From a virus (taxonomy: Duplodnaviria; Caudoviricetes), in IMG/VR virus record IMGVR_UViG_3300022824_000016, positions 1 to 64,000 of that record: DNA of 64,000 nt, one strand, 5' to 3'. Of this stretch, positions 40,471 through 50,090 are shown piece by piece (position 1 is the stretch's first letter; every line of letters starts with the position of its first letter). The notes under the pieces were generated by a model. The model searched no databases. It was given only the letters and a program-made list of their open reading frames with translations, and had not been told where the DNA came from. The position numbers were made by a program, and so were the translations under genes.

Positions 40471-41486
40471 ATACTCTTTATCTAACTCTGCCCGGCTATC
40501 TGCATTTAGATAACGATACCTTGCGTTTTGATGTGGAGCGAATTACCCGTTTGCGAGTGCCACTACATCACATTGGAGGCGTTGTCTGCTTTGGCGACGT
40601 GCTGGTTTCGCCTGCGGTAATGGGACGGTTAGCCGGAGAAGGAAAGTCGTTGGTATTTCTTGATCGGAATGGACGCTTTAAGGCTCGTCTTGAAGGACCA
40701 GTCAACGGCAATATTTTGCTACGTAAAGCACAGTTTGCGCATGCTGATTCGCCAATGTTTGTCTTGGCACATGCCAAAGCCTGCATAGCGGGTAAACTGA
40801 AAAACAGCCGTTGCGTGCTCTTGCGTAGTGCACGCGATGCTGGCGAAGAAAGCGATGCCGAACGACTGCGTGAAGTTACGAAATCCATTGCTGTCAATTT
40901 GCGCTCTCTGGAGTCGGCACCAACGCTCGATGTTGTACGCGGTCTAGAGGGTGAGTCGGCTCGCTGTTATTTTGCGGTGTTTTCTTGTTTAATTCACAGG
41001 GAGCAACGTGCAGCGTTTACGTTGGATGGCCGGAGTCGCCGTCCACCACGGGATCGGATGAACGCATTGCTTTCCTTTCTCTACAGCATGGTGATGAACG
41101 ATTGCCGCAGTGCGCTCGAATCTGTTGGACTTGATCCGCAACTTGGTTATCTTCATACTGTGCGTCCTGGACGTGCATCATTGGCTCTTGATCTGATGGA
41201 AGAGTTTCGTTCCGTTATCGCAGATCGGCTAGCGGTTACTTTGGTCAATCGTAAACAAATCCAAGCAAATGATTTTGAAGAACGACCAGGTGGCATGGTG
41301 CAGTTACGGGATGCTGCACGCAAGACGCTGGTTCTTGCTTTTCAGGAACGCAAGCGAGATCTTACTTCCCATCCATTGCTTGATCAAAAGTTAACCATAG
41401 GATTACTACCTCAGATTCAAGCGCGACTATTGGCCCGTGTTATTCGTGGTGAAGTCGAGGACTATCTTCCTTATTTGGAGGGTTAG
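40455..41486 (+). CDS. cas1: CRISPR-associated endonuclease Cas1 (type I-C-like)
   Basis: LLNTLY...[55 protein letters not shown]; TTG start. Confidence 0.97.
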   Translation: MQILLNTLYLTLPGYLHLDNDTLRFDVERITRLRVPLHHIGGVVCFGDVLVSPAVMGRLAGEGKSLVFLDRNGRFKARLEGPVNGNILLRKAQFAHADSPMFVLAHAKACIAGKLKNSRCVLLRSARDAGEESDAERLREVTKSIAVNLRSLESAPTLDVVRGLEGESARCYFAVFSCLIHREQRAAFTLDGRSRRPPRDRMNALLSFLYSMVMNDCRSALESVGLDPQLGYLHTVRPGRASLALDLMEEFRSVIADRLAVTLVNRKQIQANDFEERPGGMVQLRDAARKTLVLAFQERKRDLTSHPLLDQKLTIGLLPQIQARLLARVIRGEVEDYLPYLEG

Positions 41487-41488
41487 CT

Positions 41489-41779
41489 GTGCTTATTTTG
41501 GTGTGTTATGACGTAGCGACGGATACCCCACAAGGTCGAAGACGCTTGCACCGAGTGGCTAAAACTTGTGAGGCTGTTGGCCAGCGAGTACAGCGGTCAG
41601 TTTTTGAATGCCATGTAAACCAAATAGAATATGAGAAATTGGAACGGAAGCTGCTGGATGAAATTGATCCTTTGGAAGATTGCTTGCGCTTTTATCGGTT
41701 GACCGAACCGTTCAACCAACATTTGAAGGAATACGGTAAATTCAAGGCATTCGATTTTGATGGACCATTGATTGTGTGA
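41489..41779 (+). CDS. cas2: CRISPR-associated protein Cas2
   Basis: LVCYDV...RRL.RVAK.C...GQRVQ.SVFEC...D.LRFY. Confidence 0.97.
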   Translation: MLILVCYDVATDTPQGRRRLHRVAKTCEAVGQRVQRSVFECHVNQIEYEKLERKLLDEIDPLEDCLRFYRLTEPFNQHLKEYGKFKAFDFDGPLIV

Positions 41780-41964
41780 ACCTGTTTCCACGAACCAGAA
41801 GTGACAGACAAAAGGCGGGAGGTTCGCGGAACGCGGAAGTTTCCTGTTTTCAAGGAGATAAGTATGACATACCAATTTTGTGATTATGGAAAAGATGTGG
41901 AAAAGACGAGGTTCGCGATTTCCACAGGACAAACCATTGATGCTATTATGTTTTTAGTGCCGAA
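41780..41964 (+). promoter_or_regulatory. CRISPR leader
   Basis: Between cas2 and the first repeat; contains GAACC...GAGGTTCGCG twice, a pattern common in leaders. Confidence 0.65.
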
Positions 41965-42718
41965 GGCACAATGAACATAAAGTGCATCGCACAGATGCAA
42001 CATGCCCTGATTCAGCACTTCAACGCCCACAACCTATCGGCACAATGAACATAAAGTGCATCGCACAGATGCAACAGAGAAAGCTACAGTTCGATCAACG
42101 ATGCTAGATCGGCACAATGAACATAAAGTGCATCGCACAGATGCAACTGTGAGGCTCGCTGGCTCACGGCCCTTCGTGATAGGCACAATGAACATAAAGT
42201 GCATCGCACAGATGCAACTCAGCAGCGTGCGTCTGGAGCGGCAACAATACCGGGGCACAATGAACATAAAGTGCATCGCACAGATGCAACTTATCCGCTG
42301 CTGTGCCAACAATACTACCCGACTGGGCACAATGAACATAAAGTGCATCGCACAGATGCAACGTAATCTGTCTGCTCCTGAACAGCACTATTTCGCGGCA
42401 CAATGAACATAAAGTGCATCGCACAGATGCAACCAGAACTACTGGTGAGTTCACTGCCCATTGATCTTGGCACAATGAACATAAAGTGCATCGCACAGAT
42501 GCAACCAGAACTACTGGTGAGTTCACTGCCCATTGATCTTGGCACAATGAACATAAAGTGCATCGCACAGATGCAACTGATAGCGTGCGCCGCCCTGCAT
42601 CGCAGGTCCGCGGCACAATGAACATAAAGTGCATCGCACAGATGCAACTGAATACCATTCCAACGTTGTTGCGTGATCCAAGGCACAATGAACATAAAGT
42701 GCATCGCACAGATGCAAC
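41965..42718 (+). CRISPR. CRISPR array: 11 identical 37-bp repeats GGCACAATGAACATAAAGTGCATCGCACAGATGCAAC and 10 spacers (33-37 nt)
   Basis: Repeats start at 41965, 42039, 42111, 42182, 42254, 42326, 42397, 42469, 42541, 42612 and 42682; spacers 7 and 8 identical; 3' hairpin TGCATC-GCACA-GATGCA-AC. Confidence 0.99.
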
Positions 42719-42897
42719 CCTCTGAAAAACACGGTTCCGTTGTTTGATGGGAATTTATAGAATTACCAATATATTTTCTTACAGAAAGTTCAATAGAGAA
42801 TTTTGAATTCATCAAATAAAAAAGATTTTCTCTGAATTTTTGAACATTAAAAAATCTACGTGAAAAAAATGCCATCGTGATCGCATCCATTGTCTAC

Positions 42898-43149
42898 TTA
42901 TGCCACCTTCTTTGGACGACCCCCGTGATATTCCGAACGCGGATGGCTTTTTGCGGCCAATTTTGAGAAATAATCCGTGCCTTTTTGGCGCACCAGCTTT
43001 TCCCCGGCAATTCTCGCAATTTTCGAGTAAAAAAGCGGATCAGCTTTGGTAAGCTTTTTCTTTTTTTCAATTGGATTTGTCTTTTTCTTCATGCGCGCAG
43101 CATAAGACAAATTCAGTTTGGCGTCTACACCAATTTTTACCGTAGACAA
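42898..43149 (-). CDS. Small basic hypothetical protein
   Basis: 83 aa, Lys-rich, antisense to its neighbours. Confidence 0.5.
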   Translation of the reverse strand: MSTVKIGVDAKLNLSYAARMKKKTNPIEKKKKLTKADPLFYSKIARIAGEKLVRQKGTDYFSKLAAKSHPRSEYHGGRPKKVA

Positions 43150-43203
43150 AAATTAAAAATCAGAATATTCGTGAAAATACCGAGGACCGCAAAGGAGGCG
43201 GTC

Positions 43204-44334
43204 ATGCCTGAAGAAACCGTCGTGAATCCTGAACTTTTAATCGCCGGGGTCCCAAAACTACATCATTCCGCCGAGTTCAAAAATATCTACGCTGCCTTTA
43301 TTCAGGCGCAGGCGGAATTTACATCCGTGCCAAAAAATAAAACGGCGACAATTCGCAACCAGAAGACAGGCAACGTTTACACCTACAAATATGCCGATCT
43401 GGCCGATGTTTTGGCTATGGCTTTGCCGGTGCTGACCAGACATGATCTGGGCCTCTTACAGCCACATCTTCGGGTGGATGGTCGGTTGCGGGTTTGCACG
43501 CGGTTGATTCACTCCACTGGCGAATGGCTGATGTCGGATGGTGTGGCGATTCTGGAGTCTGGCAGCCCACAGGAGTTTGGCACCGATTCAACCTATTACC
43601 GTCGTTATGATGCCTGCACATTTCTAGGCATTGTGGCAGACGAAGACATTGACGCACAGAAAAACGCTGAGATTCGGCAATCCACACCATCAGTGCGCCA
43701 ACCTGCAGCCGTTGCTAAACCTGCCACCGGTCCAAAGCTGCAGCCAAAAACTGAACCTTCTCCTGAACCAACTTTGGTTGCCAGCAAATCAGAGCAGTTG
43801 GTTTCTGAGGAAGCCGATAAGCACCTCACTGAACGTGAAGATCTGATTCTCAAGCTGAAAACTTTGGTCATAGACAACAAAGAACTGGGCAAGCGGGCTG
43901 CAGCGATGTTTCCTCAGCACCGCAGCACCAAAACTTTGATGGTCGCAGACTTGCAACGGCTTTATGAAACCCTGCAAAGCGAAAAGGAATATCGGGAATC
44001 GCTTACGGAAATAGTGAATCCGGCGCCATTTGTTGCTTCAGTGCCACCGACACACAAGGAAACGGCTGATATTGCCACCATGTTTGCCGAAGGCAAGCTG
44101 ACCACGGCAAGCAGGATTACAGGCCCGACAATCGGCAAAGGGTTGGCACAGCGGCTGCACAAATTGATTGCCATTCACAAGATTCATACCGAAGAGGAGT
44201 TATTGGAAGACTATTTGAAGCCGATGGGTCTGGAACATGCTTCGGACCTGCCACGGGATCTCTACGCATCGTTATGCGACTGGGCAGAAGGAAAATTGCA
44301 GGAAGGAACTTCAAATGGAGAAAATGGCGAATAA
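43204..44334 (+). CDS. erf: ERF-family single-strand annealing protein with C-terminal extension
   Basis: YKYADLADV...PVL..H.L...Q; Q.FGT..TY.RRY...FLGI..DED.DA. Confidence 0.85.
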   Translation: MPEETVVNPELLIAGVPKLHHSAEFKNIYAAFIQAQAEFTSVPKNKTATIRNQKTGNVYTYKYADLADVLAMALPVLTRHDLGLLQPHLRVDGRLRVCTRLIHSTGEWLMSDGVAILESGSPQEFGTDSTYYRRYDACTFLGIVADEDIDAQKNAEIRQSTPSVRQPAAVAKPATGPKLQPKTEPSPEPTLVASKSEQLVSEEADKHLTEREDLILKLKTLVIDNKELGKRAAAMFPQHRSTKTLMVADLQRLYETLQSEKEYRESLTEIVNPAPFVASVPPTHKETADIATMFAEGKLTTASRITGPTIGKGLAQRLHKLIAIHKIHTEEELLEDYLKPMGLEHASDLPRDLYASLCDWAEGKLQEGTSNGENGE

Positions 44335-44560
44335 GGTACCAGAGATGCCGTTAGAACCCGTGGCACACAGCAGTCATGTGGCAGCCACCGGTTATGACGA
44401 GGATACGGCGCGCATGGTGGTGGAGTATCTGGACGGGAGTTTTTATCGCTGGGAAGGGATTCCGGCTTCCGTTTATTCTGCGATGCGCGCTGTACAAAGC
44501 GTGGGAAAATATTTGCGCACAGTGGAAAAACAATTTGGAAAAGGAATTTGCATGAAATGA
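44315..44560 (+). CDS. KTSC-domain protein
   Basis: SSHVAATGYDE......VEY..G..Y.W.GIP..VY.AM....SVGKY. Confidence 0.85.
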   Translation: MEKMANKVPEMPLEPVAHSSHVAATGYDEDTARMVVEYLDGSFYRWEGIPASVYSAMRAVQSVGKYLRTVEKQFGKGICMK

Positions 44561-44888
44561 ATTATTATTTCTCCGTTGTTAAAAAAAATACCGGGGAGAT
44601 GTCTAATGCGAATGTTGGATCAATCCGCAGCTTTTCCGAAGAAAACAAACATCGATCAATATATGCCACTGATCGATGCAGCGCTTGCAGCCACTCTTGG
44701 AGCTGACAAACTACCAAAGGCGGTGCTGGAGGATTACGCTACCGTCGAATTAGCCACAAAGGCGGCCAAAACGATCCGCTATTACGTTCAACAAAGAAAG
44801 ATCGACTTATGTGTCGTGCGTCCAAAAGAGTCGAAAACTGTTGCGGTATACAAAGGAAAAACGCAGCGCAGACAGAGGCGAAGCGAAA

Positions 44889-45572
44889 ATGAACCAAACG
44901 CCACAACCAATCAGCCCGCGCCATCCGAATCCCCACAGGCTTAAAATCTCTGGTGGCTGGTTTGAGCCGGACGGACACGTCTATCGTGACGCTCAGGGAA
45001 ATCGGGTTCTGAGCGTCACGCAGATCTTTCAGATGCTGGGTTTGGTGAATTATGACGATGTCAGTCCGGATGTTTTGGAACACAAGTCAGAGGTTGGCAT
45101 TGCTGTACACAAAGCAGTTGAATTGCTGTTACAGGGTTTGCTGGATTGGGATACAGTCGATGAAGCAGCAATGGCTTACGTAGTAGGAGCGGAGATACAG
45201 TTTCGCAACATGGCTTTTGAATTGGCCGAATGTGAACAACAGGGCATTTTAGAAACTCACGGCATGAAGGTTGGCTACCAGTACGACCAGCGTGGATGGA
45301 TTCTGTATAACGGGCGCAAGAGGCCGGTAATTGTGGATTTAAAGACTGCCGTGCAGGAAAGTGATACATGGGCATTGCAGACGGCAGCGTATGCGCTGGC
45401 TGCGCCCGGATTGAAGGATGGAGAACATTATCTGCGGGTAGTTTTGCATTTGCAGAAAGACGGTCGGGTCAAGCCGCTCTATTATGAAGATCCGCAGGAT
45501 GAACGCACTTTTTTGTATATGGCGTATTGTGCTCAGTGGAAACAAAATCACGGATATAAACTTGCCGCGTAA
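44889..45572 (+). CDS. PD-(D/E)XK exonuclease-like protein
   Basis: SVTQI, G.AVH.A.E, IVDLKT, W.LQTAAY. Confidence 0.75.
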   Translation: MNQTPQPISPRHPNPHRLKISGGWFEPDGHVYRDAQGNRVLSVTQIFQMLGLVNYDDVSPDVLEHKSEVGIAVHKAVELLLQGLLDWDTVDEAAMAYVVGAEIQFRNMAFELAECEQQGILETHGMKVGYQYDQRGWILYNGRKRPVIVDLKTAVQESDTWALQTAAYALAAPGLKDGEHYLRVVLHLQKDGRVKPLYYEDPQDERTFLYMAYCAQWKQNHGYKLAA

Positions 45573-45583
45573 AGGAGAATGCC

Positions 45584-46063
45584 GTGAAAATTGTTTTTCT
45601 CGACTTCGATGGGCCAATTATTCCGGTTCAGTCGCATGTACATAATCGCAGTGTTAAAGAAAAAGCGTGGCCTCCTTGCGTAAAAGCGCTGAATCGAATT
45701 ACGGATTCAACCGGAGCCAAAATTGTTGTAACCAGTTCATGGCGTGATACCTCCGCAAAAAATCTTTTTTATGGTCAGGCAATAAAAATCGTGCAAACAC
45801 TTTTGAAACAGTGGGGTGTCACTGGAGAAGTTTTGGGACAAATACCGTATTGCATAGAAATTCAAGGAAATTACGCAATTGAAGCGCCAAGGGGTCAGGA
45901 AATAGCCTCTTTTCTAAAAATATGCGATAACGTAGAATCATTTGTCATTCTGGATGATGATGACGACATGGAGGATTTAAGGGAATTTTTAATTCAGACA
46001 CCGTTCGAAAAGGGGTTAACGGAGGCTGACGCTGATCGAGCGATCAGGATGTTATCGCAATAA
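45584..46063 (+). CDS. HAD-family (Swiss Army Knife RNA-repair-like) phosphatase domain
   Basis: KIVFLDFDG, IVVTSSWR, RGQEI, FVILDDDDDM. Confidence 0.85.
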   Translation: MKIVFLDFDGPIIPVQSHVHNRSVKEKAWPPCVKALNRITDSTGAKIVVTSSWRDTSAKNLFYGQAIKIVQTLLKQWGVTGEVLGQIPYCIEIQGNYAIEAPRGQEIASFLKICDNVESFVILDDDDDMEDLREFLIQTPFEKGLTEADADRAIRMLSQ

Positions 46064-46100
46064 CCAAACAGCAGTAAACCGAGGAGAAAGCGATGAAGGC

Positions 46101-47131
46101 GTGGAGGATTTTGAATTTGAACCGGCTTCGGAATTAACAACTGATTTAGCGTTACGGGCTGAACCAACGTTGTTGTTGCCCAGCAACTTTGACAGTCGCG
46201 TAGCAGCATTGCGCAAAGAAATCGACGTTATTCTGCGCCATGCAGAAACCTTCACTGAAATTACCAGTTTGGAGCAACGCGACCGCGGAATTGAAGCAGG
46301 ACAGTTGCTTCAGGTAATGTCTAAAAACGTTGCTGAATTTTATAAACCCATCAAACAGGCTATTGACCAGTTAAAACAGCCCATTCTGGAAATGGAACAC
46401 GTTGATGCGGACGCGTTGAAAACCGCCAAAGAGCGGTTGGCCATAGCAATTCAGGAGTTTGAAAACCGTCAGGCATTGATTGAAGCTGCCGCCATGGAGC
46501 AGGCACAGCTCGCAGCAGCTGCGGAAACTCCGGATGGAGAGTTGCCGTTGCCGGTGATTGTGCCCGCCGTCGTTCCGGCAAAGACGCGCGGCAAAGTCGA
46601 GACCGCAAAATGGCACGCAGAAGTCGTGGATTTGTTGAAGTTGGTGCAAGCAGTGGTTTCGGGCCAGGTACTAATTCAGGCCGTTCTGGCCAATCAAAAA
46701 TATCTGGACAAGCGCGCCGATTCTGACCGGGAAGGAATGAACATTCCCGGCGTGGAAGCGCATGAAACGAAAAAAATTCATTTCAGAGTTTGAGCAAGAG
46801 TAGAGGGGGGTTCATGAAAACTGCTGTTTGTTTTTTCCTGAGTATCGTTTGTTTGACCGCGCCTGTTTGGGCACAAACATCATCCCAAAATCCGCAGGAC
46901 TTGCCGATTGCCGTTTCGGCACCGCAATCGTTGCAGACTCAGATTGATGGTGCCTGGAAAGATGTGCGGATCGCGCAATTGCAACTGACCCTGATTGTGC
47001 AACAGGCTTTAGCGGGAATGGAAAAGGGTGCGTATTACGACTTTACCCAGCAGAAGTTTTTCCGTCCTGCGGAACCACCGAAAAGCACTGTAAAAACGCC
47101 GAAAGGAGCAATTCCAGAGAAAAAGCAGTAA
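46101..47131 (+). CDS. Two hypothetical genes: a coiled-coil protein (46101-46793) and a signal-peptide protein (about 46814-47131)
   Basis: ORF track; second begins MKTAVCFFLSIVCLTAPVWA|Q. Confidence 0.55.
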
Positions 47132-47267
47132 TTGAAACGGCAAGATTGATACATCATGCGGCCAGTCCAGATTCTGGACTGGCCGCAACAGAAAATGGAA
47201 CCTATAGAAAAAGCAGTCTTTTTTAATAGCTCTTGACACAAAAATGGATGCAAAGCAGGATGCAGAT

Positions 47268-47399
47268 GACGCATGTGCCTCGAACATGCGTCTATTCGGT
47301 CGCGATGCGGAGTCGACCCCTCCAGTTGGTTGCGGCCAGCAAGTCGTGATGGGCTGGTTGGTCCTCGGTGCCGGCCCGTCGCGACGGGTTCACTCTTTT
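47268..47399 (+). ncRNA. Candidate small RNA
   Basis: TTGACA at 47233; 5' hairpin GACGCATGT-GCCTCGA-ACATGCGTC at the expected start; ends in a CCCGTCGCGACGGG palindrome followed by TTCACTCTTTT; no convincing ORF. Confidence 0.4.
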
Positions 47400-47579
47400 G
47401 GGACAAATTAGATTTCCACAACCTTTTTGATTTTTTGGGGAAAAATGTTGCGTTTCGGTTCAAAAAGGTCTACCTTAATTGCATCAGAACGAATAGAATG
47501 TTTCGGTTCAAAAAGGTTTATAAACGAGCAATTGGAATGGAATAAGTATTCTTGTGCATCCATAACCAAGGAGCAGAGG

Positions 47580-47858
47580 ATGAAATCCGTTGAAGCCGAT
47601 CGTCCCTATGAACCGCTAATCAAATCGGAAAAAGCAGCCGAATTTTTGGGTTGTGCCCCCCTTACCGTGCGCCGGATGGCACGCGATGGAAGGTTGCCTT
47701 CGATTCCCTTTCCGAGAGGAAATGGAAAATTTCAGCATCGTTTTCGCCTTTCAGAATTGCAGGCATACGTGGAGAGTCTGTCACAGTCATACAACAGGCC
47801 AACGTGTCAGGGAACAGACTTCGACGCGCAAAAGCGAAATGACAATCCGGGTGCCTGA
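47580..47858 (+). CDS. xis: Excisionase-like HTH protein
   Basis: KAAEFLGCAPLTVRRMARDGRLPSI; convergent with the integrase. Confidence 0.75.
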   Translation: MKSVEADRPYEPLIKSEKAAEFLGCAPLTVRRMARDGRLPSIPFPRGNGKFQHRFRLSELQAYVESLSQSYNRPTCQGTDFDAQKRNDNPGA

Positions 47859-47915
47859 TTTTTGGTATGCAACGAGCGGCTGTCCAACCGCACGATTTGT
47901 CGGACAGCCGCTTTT

Positions 47916-49205
47916 TCAGGCCACCAGGTGCACGTCATATTCGCTTTCATGACGACATTTGTCGATAAAGTCGGCCCAGTGCTGCATCATTTTAGTGCGG
48001 GCAGCCAGATATTTTGCTTTGTTGTAGACGGCGGCAACCTCACCTTTGCCGATATGCGAAAGCTGCATCTCAACATGCGTTGGATCAAAGCCCTGCTCAT
48101 TGAGATACGTAGACGCAATGTGCCTCCAGCCGTGTCCGGTCATGCGGCCTTTATAGCCCATCCGATCCAGTGCTTTGAGAATAGTATTGTTGCTCATTAT
48201 GCCCGTGCCACCGTTGTAATCAGGAAAAAGACGATCTGTATCGCCACTGACAGTTTGCAGACGTTTTAGTACGGCAAGAGCCTGTGAGGAGAGCGGCACA
48301 ATATGTTCGCGCTTCATCTTCATGCGTTCTGCCGGGATAACCCAGAGATTCTGTTTCCAATCGATTTCTTCCCATCGGCCACCGATCAACTCCCCGGTAC
48401 GAATAAAGGTCAGGCTGAGTAGTTCCATGGCCAGCCGGGTCAGAACGTTTCCGTTATAGTTGCGCATCTTTGCAAGCAGTTCCGGTACATCACCGATGTC
48501 CAGATGGGCGAAGTTCTTTTGAACTACTCTGGACAGGATCTGGCCCGGCTCGATGCTGGCAGCTGGATTTGTGGCATTTTCATCAAGAAAGCCATTATTC
48601 AATCCCCAATCAAAGATCTGACGAATGATCTGCAGATTGCGGCGCGCAATATCGCGGGCACCGCGGGCATCCACAGCCTGAGAGAGAGCCACGATGTCCA
48701 TGCGTTTGATCTCATCGGGACGTTTTTTGCCAATTTGAGCAATTACGTCGTTTTCCAGCCGGGCTTCAACATTGGCGGCGTATTTCCGGTTCTTATCGGC
48801 TTTCCACCAGGTAAACCATTTACGGACCAGATACTCGAAACAGTCCGTAGCGGTTTTCTCTTCCTCGGCGCACTCCGCTTTTTTCACTTCTTTGGCTTCT
48901 TTACGCACAGCCATGGGATCGACGCCTGTGGCCAGAAGAGCCCGAGCTTTGGCATGGCACACACGTGCTTCCGCCAGGGAAACATCGGGATACTTGCCCA
49001 ATGCCATTTGTTTTTCTTTTCCTTCAAAACGATAGCGCCAACGCCAGAGTTTTCCACCAGTTGGTGCAACTAACAGATAAAGTCCTCCTCTATCAGCGAG
49101 GTAGTATGGCTTTGATTCTGGCATGGATTTTTGGCATTTCAGATTGGTTAATTCGGCTGAAAGCTTCGATGAATTGCTTGATGTTTTTTCTTTCAAAGTT
49201 TGCAT
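47916..49205 (-). CDS. int: P4-type tyrosine integrase
   Basis: Arm-binding N-terminus (DRGGLYLLVAPTGGKLWRWRYRF), FIRTGE, HGWRH, QLSH, AAVYNKA. Confidence 0.95.
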   Translation of the reverse strand: MQTLKEKTSSNSSKLSAELTNLKCQKSMPESKPYYLADRGGLYLLVAPTGGKLWRWRYRFEGKEKQMALGKYPDVSLAEARVCHAKARALLATGVDPMAVRKEAKEVKKAECAEEEKTATDCFEYLVRKWFTWWKADKNRKYAANVEARLENDVIAQIGKKRPDEIKRMDIVALSQAVDARGARDIARRNLQIIRQIFDWGLNNGFLDENATNPAASIEPGQILSRVVQKNFAHLDIGDVPELLAKMRNYNGNVLTRLAMELLSLTFIRTGELIGGRWEEIDWKQNLWVIPAERMKMKREHIVPLSSQALAVLKRLQTVSGDTDRLFPDYNGGTGIMSNNTILKALDRMGYKGRMTGHGWRHIASTYLNEQGFDPTHVEMQLSHIGKGEVAAVYNKAKYLAARTKMMQHWADFIDKCRHESEYDVHLVA

Positions 49206-49212
49206 GTTTTCC

Positions 49213-49812
49213 TCATTTTCCTGTTTCTTTGCGAATGGTTTTCAAATCAATACCCAAAGCAAGCAGTTCTTGTATTTGCTTTTCAAAAGCAGCCCGATTT
49301 AAAACCGACAGATTATGGGTCAGATTTTTAAAAGCCAAATTGCTTTCGGCCAATATTTTATGGGCCATGTTTTCGAAATTGCGGCTGCTTGTAACCAACA
49401 ATTCGTTCATCAACTTTTCGTAAGCTCGACTACTTGAATTGAGTAATTGAGATGCCAGTTTTTCTTGTGCCAGCATCGCAGCAGCCAAAATGGATATTTT
49501 CTTTTCTTCGCGAAATTCCGCTCTCTTTCTCAATTTTTCAGATTTTCTTTTGGCTATGGGATCAACACCCGTGGCCAGAAGAGTCCGTGCTTTGGCATGA
49601 AGTACGCGTGCTTCCATCAAAGAAATATTGGGATATTTGCCCAACGCCATGAGTTTTTCTTTTTCTTCAAAACGGTAGCGCCATTGCCAGTGTTTGCTTC
49701 CTCTCGGTGTTATCAACAAACACAAACCATGCCCGTCGGTAAGGCGATAGAGCTTCAGACGAGGAGATGCTCTTTGGCAAATCAGATCGGAAAGTCTGTT
49801 TGTAGCCTTCAT
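49213..49812 (-). CDS. Integrase arm-binding-domain-only paralog with helical C-terminus
   Basis: DGHGLCLLITPRGSKHWQWRYRF..KEKLMALGKYP...ATGVDP; no catalytic domain. Confidence 0.8.
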   Translation of the reverse strand: MKATNRLSDLICQRASPRLKLYRLTDGHGLCLLITPRGSKHWQWRYRFEEKEKLMALGKYPNISLMEARVLHAKARTLLATGVDPIAKRKSEKLRKRAEFREEKKISILAAAMLAQEKLASQLLNSSSRAYEKLMNELLVTSSRNFENMAHKILAESNLAFKNLTHNLSVLNRAAFEKQIQELLALGIDLKTIRKETGK

Positions 49813-49820
49813 GTTTCCCC

Positions 49821-49902
49821 TATTCCGTACATATTTTTCTTCCCAAAAATATGTACGGAATAATTCCGTACACGCATCGTACTTTATCTCAAAAAATGTA
49901 CG
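49821..49902. promoter_or_regulatory. Probable integrase arm-type sites
   Basis: 18-bp inverted repeat TATTCCGTACATATTTTT/AAAAATATGTACGGAATA plus further TCCGTAC and ATGTACG copies. Confidence 0.55.
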
Positions 49903-50071
49903 TAGTAAATAGCTGCTTCCGGAAAAGTCTCTTAGGGCATTATCGTGTCAGATGAACGAATTTTGGGAGAGGATTGGCATTAAATCGTTGATTTTAAAGG
50001 ATAGAAAAGCAGGAAAGAAGTAGAGACACGTCGAGTAATGTTTAGGTAAGTTTAGGTTGAAAAAAGGGAAA

Positions 50072-50090
50072 TGGCTGCCCCCCAGGGATT
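50072..50090 (-). other. attP core: 3' end of a tRNA (probably tRNA-Gln)
   Basis: Minus strand AATCCCTGGGGGGCAGCCA = T-arm end, acceptor strand GGGGGCA, G73, CCA; lies between int and alpA. Confidence 0.65.

Larger units (their letters stand above)
23352..47180. promoter_or_regulatory. Dispersed 17-bp palindromic operator AGTCC(A/G)GA(T/A)TC(T/C)GGACT, 6 copies
   Basis: Copies at 23352, 23676, 26875, 28742, 36073 and 47164, mostly at gene boundaries or promoter regions. Confidence 0.75.

Noticed and set aside
42001-42020. Spacer 1 (C)ATGCCCTGATTCAGCA resembling the late leader CATGCCC...AATCAGCA
   Set aside because: Only scattered 6-7 nt matches on mixed strands; not a protospacer
42034-42890. 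ORFs across the CRISPR array
   Set aside because: Artefacts of the repeat periodicity
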